This document shows positions 13,098 to 24,661 of a stretch of DNA of 58,513 nucleotides, piece by piece. A program made the position numbers and the translations under genes. The number at the start of each line of letters is the position of its first letter. Positions within the stretch are counted from its first letter, which is position 1. This DNA comes from Girardia tigrina (Eukaryota). The notes beneath the pieces were generated by a model. It was not told the DNA's origin. It did no database searches and worked only from the letters and a program-made list of their open reading frames with translations. The stretch covers positions 30,119 through 88,631 of the forward strand of contig MQRK01216208.1 in NCBI GenBank assembly GCA_001938485.1, given 5' to 3'.

Positions 13098-13719
13098 GGA
13101 ACGACTGTTATACTGCCCCCACATATTATGTAATCTTTTTAATTTAATTAATTTATTCTTTACTTTATTTACTTTTAATTCATTTATGTAATAATTGATT
13201 TATTGATTCACTAATTCATTTATTCAATGATTGAATAAATGAATTAGGGGAATAACTGGCGGAATGGATTAATAAAATTGTTAATTAATTAATAAAAAAT
13301 GAAATAATTAATTATTAATTGATTGAAGTTCAATCAAATCAAATTTAATCATTTATTTGTTAAATAATTTATTTAATAATTCATTTAATAATTAATTTAT
13401 TCTTTACTTTAATTAATTATTTAATGAATAAATGAACTAATTTAACAATGGATAAATCATTGAATAAATAAATTAGTGAATCAATTCTTACATAAATGAA
13501 TAAAAAGTAAAGAAAGTAATGAATAAATTAATTATTAAATAAATTATTTAACAAATAAATGATTAAATTTGATTTGATTGAATAATTAATTATTTCATTT
13601 TTTATTAATTAATTAACAATTTTATTCATCCATTCCGCCAGTTATTCCCCTAATTCGAAACGAAATTATATAATCTACATAGATTACATAATTTGTGGGG
13701 GCAGTATAACACTCGTTCC
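13098..13719. mobile_element. MITE/foldback element, Merlin-like
   Basis: ~40-bp TIRs GGAACGACTGTTATACTGCCCCCACA / TGTGGGGGCAGTATAACACTCGTTCC with 8-bp TSD TCTATTTC (13090-13097 and 13720-13727). A GG-start TIR with an 8-bp TSD fits Merlin/IS1016. Extensive internal inverted repeats. Confidence 0.8.
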
Positions 13720-13962
13720 TCTATTTCAAATCGTCCACGTTTTGTATTGACTGACATTAAAAAAATAGTTTTTACTTTTAAATTAAAAATTCTCGAATTT
13801 TTAAACTGGAATTGATGCAGTTAAACAATCACAAAAAAATGGTACAAATAAATTTTTTTACCTGAAATGTATTTTAGCTTTCTAAATTTTGAATATTTTT
13901 TTTCAAATTTAAAATAATTTTTTTATTATTTTATTCAGAAAATTAGTAATTTATCTATTTAG

Positions 13963-14566
13963 GTCTGGTGATTCAGGAAATATTCTGGATAATCTCTTGT
14001 CAAGAATGGAACAATATGCAAATAATCTCGAGGGCCTGGTGAACCAGAGAACTGAACAATATCTTGAAGAGAAACGCAAAGCTGAAGATTTACTCTATTC
14101 CATGTTACCTAAGTAACTTTTGCTTTTGAATGTATTGTTAAATACTTTTCTCAGATCTGTTGCAAGGCAACTCATTAGAAATGAACCAGTCACTGCAGAA
14201 AGTTTTGAAAATGTTACAATTTATTTCAGTGACATTGTTGGATTCACAAGCTTATCTGCTGAATCGACTCCCATACAAGTCTGTATCCTTCAAAAAGGTT
14301 TTGTTTCACAATTTTCCCTTAGGTTATCGAGTTACTTAATCATTTATACACAACATTTGATTCAATTCTTGAAAATTATGATGTTTACAAGGTTGAAACG
14401 ATTGGGGATGCTTATGTTGTTGTATCAGGTCTACCTCAAAGAAATGGCAATCTTCATGCTAGAGAAATTTCTCGAATGAGTTTGGCATTTCTAAAAGCAT
14501 TATTTACATTCGAAATACCTCATAGAAAAGATAGACGATTGCAAGTTCGAATAGGAATGCATTCAG
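13963..14566 (+). CDS. Receptor-type guanylate cyclase: dimerisation helix and N-terminal cyclase exons
   Basis: Exons 13963-14112, 14155-14278 and 14323-14566 (introns 42 and 44 nt). Motifs [54 protein letters not shown]. Phases are consistent with the flanking exons. Confidence 0.95.
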
Positions 14567-15150
14567 GTATTGGTAGAATTAACTTTTTTTATTTTGTATA
14601 AATTAATTATCAGAACTTTTATTGGTTGAAATCAATTCTAAACATTAAAAAAAGTACCAATCAAATTTATTTTTTTAAAATGTTAAATTACAAAAAAATA
14701 AGAATTACATTTGAAAATTTTAATATTACATTTGAAACATATTTTAAAGATTTGTCATATAAAATTGAATTATATTATTTTCCAATATTATGAATCAAAG
14801 AAAATACCAATCAGCCATCTGGGTAGGAGAGACACAATCCATTTTCCTCACAATATGCATTATTTTGTAAAAAGTAAATTAATTTAAATAAAAAATTGAA
14901 AATTATTAAAAAAAAATTATAAAATAAATAACAATATTTTTAATCAAAAATAGATTCTCTTGAAAAAGATTATAACAATGAATGTTCAAAATTAGATATG
15001 ATATATAATCAATATAACAACATAAATAATTTTATAAATACAATGTATAATTCCAAGAATAAATATTAAATATTATGATAATATACACATGATGAGTTAA
15101 TTAATTTTCATTTCGTTGATTGAAATTAAATTAATTTTGTTAGGATAAGA

Positions 15151-15188
<38 letters not shown>

Positions 15189-15220
15189 GAATAACAAACG
15201 CCATTTAAAAAGTTTTTTAT

Positions 15221-15262
15221 TTGTCAAAACATGTTTCGCAATTACGGCATCATCAGTTGTGA
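15221..15262 (-). ncRNA. Minimal type I hammerhead ribozyme (inverted pLTR copy)
   Basis: Reverse complement of 20499-20540: CAA-CTGATGA-TGCCGTAATTGC-GAAA-CATGTT-TTG. Confidence 0.8.
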
Positions 15263-15516
15263 AGTAAATTTCAGATTACAAGTCATTTATATGGCACATT
15301 GACTATTACGCAATTAATCTTTTTTTAATTAATATTAAAAGATTTTAATATGATTGGATAATTCACTTTGAACATTTAAGCATGGTTTTAAATGCTTTAT
15401 TAATAATGCCTCAGTGACTATCCTGTCATAATATGTGTCAAAATTTTTCTTCAAAACTGTAAATTCAGTTTCATAGTTAACTTTAATAATTTTAATTTTT
15501 TAATAATGAATGGTAC

Positions 15517-16094
15517 ATGCAAGTTGATGAAGTGGCAATGGGATCTCCATTAGCACTTTTATTGGCTTCAAAATTTCATCAAAGTTTGGAGAAAAAATTC
15601 AATTTTTTTGAAGGAAACTTGCCTTTATTTTACACTAGATATGTCGATGATATCTTCTTGATTTTTGAAAATAAAAACCATATAGATAATTTTTTACAAT
15701 TTATGAATCAACTTCATCCAAATATGAGATTTACCAGTGAAGTCGAATCAGGGGGCAAGATTTCATTTCTGGATGTATTAATTGAAAGAAAATCGAAGGG
15801 CTATGAAACTGAAGTATTTCGAAAGAGTACTGACACGGGTTTATACAATAATCCTATGAGTTTCTGTGATCCCAAGTACAATAAAAATANNNNNNNNNNN
15901 NNNNNNNNNNNNNNNNNNAATTTATCTTCTACGTATTGTGGTGTGGATAAGGGTATTGTTGATCTTAAAAGCAGGTTAGAAAATAATGGGTACAATAAAA
16001 ATTATTTAAATAATTTGATAAAAAATACAATTGACTCAGTTCTTGAAAAATCTAATAATAAAAATGAAAACATTATAAATAATGATAGTAGTAA
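15517..16094 (+). pseudogene. Penelope-type reverse transcriptase fragment
   Basis: QVDEVAMGSPL, YTRYVDDIFLIF, LHPNMRFTSEVE, ISFLDVLI, VFRKSTDTG. Confidence 0.9.
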
Positions 16095-17076
16095 TGTAAT
16101 TGTCGGGGTTATTTTTGGTGAACTTTAAATTTTTGATATATTTTAAAAATCATATTTATATTTTGGATGGATTAAAAATAATGTTCGACTAAATAAAATG
16201 AAATAATCTTTAAATAAAAAATTTAAGTTTATAGATAATATTTTTTACTAATTAAAATAAATAAGATTTTATAAAATATATTTTATAGGTAACATTTCTA
16301 CCAATTAAATTGNNNNNNNNNNNNNNNNNNNNNNNNNNNNNNNNNNNNNNNNNNNNNNNNNNTGAAATAATCTTTAAATAAAAAATTTAAGTTTATAGAT
16401 AATATTTTTTACTAATTAAAATAAATAAGATTTTATAAAATATATTTTATAGGTAACATTTCTACCAATTAAATTGAAATACTTTTTGTAAAAATTATAT
16501 TTCACAGATAGTATATTACTAATTAAAATGAAATAAGTTTTGTAAAAATTTTAGAGTAATGATAATATTTTAATTAAATTGAGACAAATTTTTATAAAAA
16601 TNNNNNNNNNNNNNNNNNNAATTAAAATATCATTTTCGAAGTTAAAGAATATTGTAAAGAAGATTTTGATATATTTTGTAACACTATTTAAAATAAAATT
16701 AGAATATTTATTGTACACGGAAAGTTTTATTAAAAACAAATAAATTTATAATTAATGAATCTCTATTAAATAATAATAAATTTAAATATTGCTAAATATT
16801 TTGTATTTTAAATTTCTAAGTTATTTTTGCAATTTTATTAAAAAACAAATTAAAAAAGAAATAATTTATATTCGAATGATTTAAAATAAAAAGAAATCAA
16901 AATTGAATAAAATAACATATTTATATTTATCGATATTATTATTTGTATTTAAAATTTTGAGATCTGGATTATGTAAATAAAATATTGTTTCTCCAAAATT
17001 TGTTTCAAAAATGAAAATTGTAATAGAAATAAAGTTTACAAAATTATGAATTCCAATTTTAATCACGAACCTTATA
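16095..17076 (-). mobile_element. AT-rich solo-LTR-like insertion inside Penelope
   Basis: TGTAA...TTATA ends with a 4-bp GTAA duplication; interrupts the Penelope ORF. Related copies at ~27095-27480 and ~57895-58270. Contains N gaps. Confidence 0.55.
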
Positions 17077-17301
17077 GTAATAAAAACAATAAATTTAAAA
17101 TTACCATTTTCTGAAGGCGCGTCTGATTTGAGGAAAGGTCTAATGAAAAAGGTTCCTTCGGGTTTTAATTTGCGGGTGATATTTATAACTAATAAACTAT
17201 CGTGATATTTCTCAAATAAATCAAAAACTCCATCGGGTGTCCAAGCTAATCTAGTATATCAATTTAAATGTCACAAGTGTGAATCCTTGTACATTAGAGA
17301 A

Positions 17302-20169
17302 TTTTGACTGCGACTCTGACCACGACTTAGTCCTGTTAACGATATGGATCACCAACAACAATAAGGTACTCAAGTTGGCGAATGATAGAAGAAAGAAAAG
17401 AAAAGGAATAATTGACAGATTCTCCTTGCAGAACAACAAAGTGGCCATCAGTTGTGACATAGGACAGGCTTGTCCGAATGTCGAGAGCTGGGATGATGTG
17501 GAGAAGGTCATTTTGAAGACCACAGAAAGATTCAGAAAGAAAAAAGTCAGAGGTGGCTACACGGACATCTAGAAGAGTTGAAACCACTACTGTAGGAGAA
17601 ATGGAAGTGAAGGAAAGAATACATTCAGAATAGAGGTGAAAGAACATATTCGACGTGGAAGACTGCAAGACTGAACACCTTGCGGCATCTCAGGAAATGG
17701 AAAAGAGAGAGGATTGAGGGAATTGGACAAGAAATAGAAGGAATTCTCAACAGAGAATGTATGGGCAAGACTTCTGAGTTATACACGGAGCTCAGAGTCC
17801 TTTGCAATAGTGAAACGAAATAATCTTCTCTCTATACTGTACAAAGCAGTGTGAAGGACGAAGTGTTAGCATAGCATTTCTCACATCTATTCAGGAAAAG
17901 CGAAAGAGAAAACAGAAAAATCGAACAGAGCCAAGCACTCGAAATAGACCACTCACAGGACGTAGAAGAAGTAGGTATTGCTATTGGACAACTAAAGAAC
18001 GGTATAGCTGCTGGAAGCAACGGTATCATTCCAGAGCTATATTAATGGGGCGGTCTCCAGTTGACTGAGAAGATATAGTAATGTTTCGTGGACAGAATTC
18101 GAGGAAAGAGCAGAATTCCCGGAGGCTTGGAAAATGGCGAAAGTCGTGATCCTATACAAAGGAAAGGGTTCCAAGAAGGAATTGAATAATTATAGAGACA
18201 TATTCCTACTTGATGTAGGAGGAAAGATCATGGCCCGAATCATTGCAAATAGATTACTGCCACATCTCGAAAGGATACTGGACGACTGGCAATTTGGTTT
18301 CAGACCAAACAGAAGCACAGCGCACGCGATTGGTATCTTACGAAAGATACAAGAAGAGGCCAGATATCGGAACATAAACGTATTTGCTATTTTTATCGAC
18401 TTTGAAAAGGCATTTGACAGTGTACCCAGCAAAGTTCTCTGGGATTGCCTTCAAGGAATTGGAATACAGGATCGGATGCTAAGTATCATCATGAAATTTC
18501 ATGAAGGTTTCACGGAAAGCATTGGAAAGGATAAATTCAGTATGGACAAAGGAGTCCGTCAGGGTTGCGTATTGGGTCCTCTACTATTCAACCTTGTCTT
18601 TGATCATGCAATTAAGACTGCGATCAAAGAAGGACTATCAGGTAGTGTGAAACTAAAATACAATTGGGAAGAGCTGACCGTGAACAGACTTGCTTATGCA
18701 GATGACCTGTGCTTGCTGGACGAGGACTATGGAAATGTCGAACGGAATCTCACGTGTCTCAACACTGTGTTCTTGAATATGGGGCTCAAAATCAACATTG
18801 GGAAAACAAAGATCCTGAATCTCAATGGAGCAAAGTACATTACGGCAAGAGACGAGCTGAATGCCGGAATAGAATGGGTGGACGAATTCTGCTACCTGGG
18901 ATCGATAATTGACAGTGGAGGAAGCTCAGGTACGGACATCAATGCCAGAATTCACAAAGGAGCAGCGAAATTACGGACGATCAGACCAGTGTTGAAGAAC
19001 AACAAATTGTATCTCCGGAATAAGAAGAACATAATTAACAGCTGTGTATTCCCTGTTGTTTACTACAGCTGTGAAAATTGGAGGACAAATGAAGTACACG
19101 TGAAAAAGCTGAAAGCATTTCACAATCTATGTACTCGGCAAACTTTGGGGATTTCGAAAGATATGGATGAGATATCAATTGGACTGCAAAGCCCAATGGA
19201 TATCATCGCGCGGAGAAAAATCGTACACAATACTGAGGTCGATTTAGGAGAATGCCCGGAGAACGTCAAGCAGATCAGTGGATGCGAACTCATCGGAGGA
19301 AAGAAGATCAGCGGTCGGAGAAAGCAACATCTGTTAGAATGTCTCAGACTAAATGCTCACTGACTCTTTGGAGCCGAGTACAGTTTCGGTGAATTTAAAA
19401 GAGACGTTATGCAGGAAAACTTACTGAACATGGATGGAAAGATCGAGAAAGTATTCCGACTGAAGAGAATCCAAAGAAACGGGGACGAGCAAACACTAAG
19501 ACTGGTGCTACCTCGTCTGATAGAACACAGCTGCCCGATGGATGCCTGTTACAAACAATATGCGGAAGTGAAAGAGTTAAACAGGCATCTCAGAAGAGAT
19601 CACGAAGGAGCAGAGCAAAACCCGCGGAAGAAGAGAGAGAAGAAAGCCCAGCCACGTCAGAAGAAAAGAAAATATCAATGTCAACATTGTCCGAGGGAAT
19701 ACAAGGCCGCTGGTTTCCTAAGGATTCATATTCAGAAGAATCATCAAGAAACGCCAACATCCAACACCCAGAGAGAAAACTTGGAAGAAGAGAACGAGGA
19801 AGAGCCGACATCAAACCAATCCAATCCTCAGTTGCCGGACGCAACGGTGAGTATGCCGAGGATACAGCCGAACGACGACGCCGAAGAGACGCACCTACAA
19901 TACCGATTGCAAGCCGATTACAAGACTGCAAAAGGACAATTTAAAGTGCCCATCTCGCGGTTGTTACGCGTCCACCGTAACAGCCAACGGCATGTACGGC
20001 CATGGTACCAAGTTCCATGGTTGGTCGTTCGTTACTGGCAAGCCGACTGCTCAGAGGCGAAAGGCCACTGACCCCGTAGGAGGCCTATCGGGGGGCCATT
20101 AAGAACTTTAGTTTGGGTGGACCCTCTAAAGAGCCTTAGGCTCAATACCATTACAGAGATTGGAGGCCC
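17302..20169 (+). mobile_element. 5'-truncated non-LTR retrotransposon (APE-RT, RTE-like) with C-terminal C2H2 zinc fingers
   Basis: Starts at the APE C-terminal DSDH motif. RT motifs QFGFR, FIDFEKAFDSV, GVRQGCVLGPLLF, LAYADDL, FCYLGS. 11-bp TSD ACATT(A/G)GAGAA at 17291-17301 and 20170-20180. Confidence 0.92.
18134..20137 (+). pseudogene. LINE ORF2: RT domain plus three C2H2 fingers
   Basis: ORF 18134-19363 continues in frame past a single TGA into 19409-. Fingers CPMDAC-x12-HLRRDH and CQHC-x12-HIQKNH, then after a 1-nt frameshift at ~19945, CPSRGC-x12-HGTKFH. Confidence 0.85.
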
Positions 20170-20498
20170 ACATTGGAGAAACAAATCGTCATCTCCGCAC
20201 TAGAATAGCTCCACACACCCAATTGAGTTGGAATAGCTCGATTCTAGATCACATTAAAAAATGCAGAAATAGAGATAAAGTTAACTATGAAACTGAATTT
20301 ACAGTTTTGAAGAAAAATTTTGACACTTATCATGAGAGGATAATCACTGAGGCATTATTAATAAAGCATTTAAAACCATGCTTAAATGTTCAAAGTGAAT
20401 TATCCAATCATATTAAAATCTTTTAATATTAATTTAAAAAATATTAATTGCGTAATAGTCAATGTGCCATATAAATGACTTGTAATCTGAAATTTACT

Positions 20499-20540
20499 TC
20501 ACAACTGATGATGCCGTAATTGCGAAACATGTTTTGACAA
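20499..20540 (+). ncRNA. Minimal type I hammerhead ribozyme in Penelope pLTR
   Basis: Core CTGATGA (20505-20511) ... GAAA (20524-20527). Palindromic stem III AAACATGTTT, cleavage triplet GUU, short stem I CAA/TTG. This architecture is known from Penelope-like elements. Confidence 0.82.
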
Positions 20541-20607
20541 ATAAAAACTTTTTAAATAGCGTTTGTTATTCATTTTTTTACAAATAAATTGCCATTAAAT
20601 CTTAATG

Positions 20608-20647
<40 letters not shown>

Positions 20648-23600
20648 NNNNNNNNNNNNNNNNNNNNNNNNNNNNNNNNNNNNNNNNNNNNNNNNNNTAT
20701 ATATATATATATATCCATATATATATATATATATATATATCCATATATATATTTATGCACATAAATGATCGTAAATATCATTACAAATGCTCCAGATGTA
20801 TCAATAGAAATACTGGGACGTTGTTTAAATATTCAAATTGTTTGTTTTAGTTTTTAAATAAATAAATTAATTGTTGTTATGTGTGATTCTACTTACAAAT
20901 AACTAAATTTGATTAAAAAAAGATCTAAAATTAAATATATAAGCAATTAAATATTATAATAGATGTACTACAATTATGTATTCACGTTGCTTTTTCCTTT
21001 GAAAGGATTGTAGTTCTAACTAATTATATTTATAAAGTTAAAAATTTAATAATTTAAAATGAGGATTTACATAATATTTTTTTATTGTAAAATTATTATA
21101 ATATTTTAGGATAATTAAAAGATTATTTAAATAATAGAAATTGGGGAAATGATCACTTGTTTAAGAAAAAACCGAATTTTTGTAATTTTTTGAATTAAAA
21201 AGATATTTATTGTGGTATTGATGAGTTCAAATATTGATATAACTAACAATAAATAAACGAAAAGATGAATTAAAAAATAATGATCGGGACTAATTCGGAT
21301 TATATTTTTAATTTATATAAAGTGAATATTTTATTATTAGTTTTAAAAACACTTAAAATGAATTTTCCTAATTACAAATTTGATAAATAGGTTAAAAATA
21401 TTTTTAAATTCCAATAAAATTTGATTTATTATAAAAATAAAAAAAATTTATAATTTTTTATTTTTTAAACAAACAAATTAGTGTAATTTATTAAAAATAT
21501 ACATTTTTAAAAAAAACAATGTTTAATTTTGTAAAATTATTTAAGTTTATTTTTTTGAAATTTAATTCTTATATTTTTCTAAAAATGAGAATAAATGAAA
21601 TTACTGAAATATAATGTTATAATAATAATTTAATATAAAATAACTTGATTTAATAATGGGTTAAAATTAATGAGTTAAAAACCAATTGACCTGATTGACT
21701 TTCGAAAATTGGATGTAAATATTCAGCATATTTTGGCAATGAACAATTCACTCAAAATTTTGTACGAATGAACTGTTCTTTGAGGCTTTTATAGAGAATA
21801 AATTTTTCTAAAATAAATATAAGGAAATTAACAGATCACTTTTTTATTTATTAACAATATGTGAATTTTCTTTGATCCAAGTATTTTTTTATGATGAACT
21901 CAAAGTTCTTTCAAATTTTTAAAAATAATTTTGAAACCACTAAAAATCAAATTAAGACTTTAAGTAAAAACCGTTTGAATCAATCTCTTCAATCCATCAA
22001 TTTACAAATTAGTAAAGTGCGGTAAGCATCCCCTGTTGTACTATTCTTTATTTTAGTCGGCAAATAACCCCTGATACCCCTTTTCGAGCTCACCTAGTTT
22101 CTTGAATTTCAAAGATAGTGAAACAGAAATGTAATAGTAGGAATCTAGCAAGGTCTGTACTATTAACTAGGTTTAGAAGAAGTTCGATGTCGTAAAGATT
22201 TTTTGTCTTGTTTTGAAAATAAAGTTATTGCGAGAGGGTTTGTTGTGTGTAACCGCGTCCGAAATACTGTTGACTTGATCGAATTTGACGCGTTCGTTAG
22301 CGACCAGATGACCGGCACCTAAATCGTACAACCAATTACACGATAAACGCTGATGTTCAACCTGATTTGTCCCGGATGTAATTTTAATCGACGTAACAGT
22401 CGATTTATTCGATGGCTCCATCCTTTGTAAGTGGTATTTAATGAGAACCAGAATTTTCGATAAACGTTTATTTATAAACGATGTAGTATCGAATTGATCC
22501 TCCATATTCCACCACTAAAAAATTGGTTTTGAAATTCGAATTTGTGCGTTTTGTTTATTTTTTTTAATTTATATAATAAAAAAAATTCTTTATGTTTGAA
22601 TTTTATGAGTTTTAATTTAATTTTGAATTTTTATTTTATTAATTTGTTAATTTAGTTTTTGAATTTTAAATAATTTTTAAATGTTGTGGAGTTGGCGTAT
22701 ATAACAGGCGTATATTTTAATAGTTGTTAACACGAATATGCCAACTACCAGAAGTCAGGATGGGGCGCGCCTCGAAATTGTTTAATCAGCACCGAATTAC
22801 CTTGGAGAGTGGTTTGATTGAGAACAAATATTTTGCAAACAGCAGAACTCGAAACATTTATTAATGCAGGAGTCAAAATAACATGACATATGTTTTCAGA
22901 AGAAATCCAGCGCTTTGCAGATGACTGTGCTAACCAATGATCAATAAATGCTTTACCATAATTGAAGTTGAAATACTTCCTACAGCGCTACAGTGGCGTA
23001 CTTTTGAAACTCATATCGTCTTCGGTAACACTCCTTCCTCCCAGCATGCCTCCTGAGAGGCTTGTTTTTTTATACAACTTGAGCGTTTCAGTCCATCGCA
23101 CGAGCACCTCATCTTAGATGGCCAACTCTGACATGATGATGGCAATGAATTGAAAGGGGACCTGCAAGTTGAATCCTCCTAATTTTAAGGTGGAATTCTT
23201 GTAGGTGAAAGAAAGACGAGAAATAAATCCAACCTTGATATTTATTCACAAAGTGACTTCGTTTCCAATTCTTTTTTTAAAAGTAACATGTGTTAAAGTG
23301 TTATGTAATATAAAACGTGTTGGACTGTTCGTAAAATGTTATGTGTCTGAAGATTTGTGTATTTTTTTCTTTTATATCTGAGAACACATGATAAAAAAAT
23401 GTTTGGAATAGGAAAATTCATTAAAAAACAAGGAAAAATAACTATTTTCATCCGAAATTAAAAGTTACCGAATTTCGGCACATGACCATTTCAGATTGCT
23501 TGTGCCCCACAGTGAAAATTTCTTAAAAAAGGCCTTGATGTGTGAGCCAAAACATGATTGATAAGAGAAAATTTATTAACTCGCTCTAATTGGCTGGTCC

Positions 23601-24455
23601 AATCAGAGCGACTTGTTGGCTCGATCGGTTTCCTCATTATAACAGTTTTTGAATTAGTAAAAGGACGTATTCTCAAAAATTTTTGGATATGCATGAAAAG
23701 GAAATTATTAGACCTAAGATTAAAAAGGATGAGATATGTTTATTTCATTATGATGAAATTTTGAAGTCTAAATGAGTCCGGCACACTAATTTTGAATCAT
23801 CATTACTGCAAATCTCAGCTACTGTCACCTGATCTACGAGGTAACCTGAGGATCTTGCGGAACAACCATCACATCCGCAAAATACAATAATTGGTCAATT
23901 CAAATATTCGATTTTTGTTCGCACATTTTCACAATAATACAAAATCTATTTAGAACCCCAAGATTTATATTCACACTCAACAACTTCCTCATTCATTTTC
24001 GCCAATTTATTCAATGATTGTTTATCTCTCAAATTTATTTCAATTATTTAAATTATTCAATTATTCACTTCCCTTTTTTATTTAACTATTATTTTTTAAG
24101 TTACCTTTAATTGCTTAATTTAAATATATAATTTTATATAATTTAATTACGAGCATGTTATTTCGGCAAATGTTTACTCAATCCTTTACTTTCCACTACA
24201 TTATATGTCATAAATATGTTTTTCACCTACTTTCCATGATCTGATTGAATTAAAATTTTGCCTAAACGTGAAATTTCAAAAACATTACATAAATCAATTA
24301 AAGACTTTATAATGATTAATTAATTCAAATGACTAATTAGTCCTTTTTTGAAAAAAAAACAAATTTGCGATAGTCATCCTATTATTGATATTTATAAATA
24401 AAATAGAAAACAAAATAAATTCAAGTTTTTGTTTTTTTATAGTTGTAAACGCTAT

Positions 24456-24650
24456 TGTAGTGACCTTCCTTATATTATATAAATATGAAAATTAAATATA
24501 AAAAATTTAAAAAATCGATTTAAATATAGATTGTTTTTATAATTGTAATTACAGTTTATTTGGAATAAATATTTATTATTGTTCTGTTGAATTTTTACTA
24601 AAAGGGGAGATATCCAAAGAAAAAAGAATCCTCCACAATTGGTGTCAGAA
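24456..24650 (+). mobile_element. Putative short LTR with tRNA-Leu primer-binding site
   Basis: TGTAG (24456) ... TCCACA (24637), with an internal TATATAAA and AATAAA. After a 2-nt spacer comes TGGTGTCAGAA, complementary to the 3' end of tRNA-Leu(CAA), ...UUCUGACACCA. LTR 5' boundary uncertain. Confidence 0.65.
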
Positions 24651-24661
24651 CAAAAGGGATT

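Larger units (their letters stand above)
15185..20606 (+). mobile_element. Penelope-like element (RT + GIY-YIG) with inverted pseudo-LTR, inserted in a (TA)n tract and interrupted by two nested elements
   Basis: RT motifs AMGSPL, YTRYVDDIF, FLDVLI (15486-16094). Linker and GIY-YIG: LVYQFKCHKCESLY|IGETNRHLRTRI..H...EALLIK..KPCLN (17077-17301 and 20170-20426). 15185-15485 is the reverse complement of 20276-20576. (TA)n on both sides. Confidence 0.92.

Noticed and set aside
16199-16480. ~115-bp direct duplication
   Set aside because: The copies flank an N gap, so this is most likely a scaffolding overlap artefact.
19938-19950. TTTAAAG as a programmed frameshift before the third zinc finger
   Set aside because: It requires a +1 shift, and both sister copies read through in frame, so it is a private 1-nt insertion.
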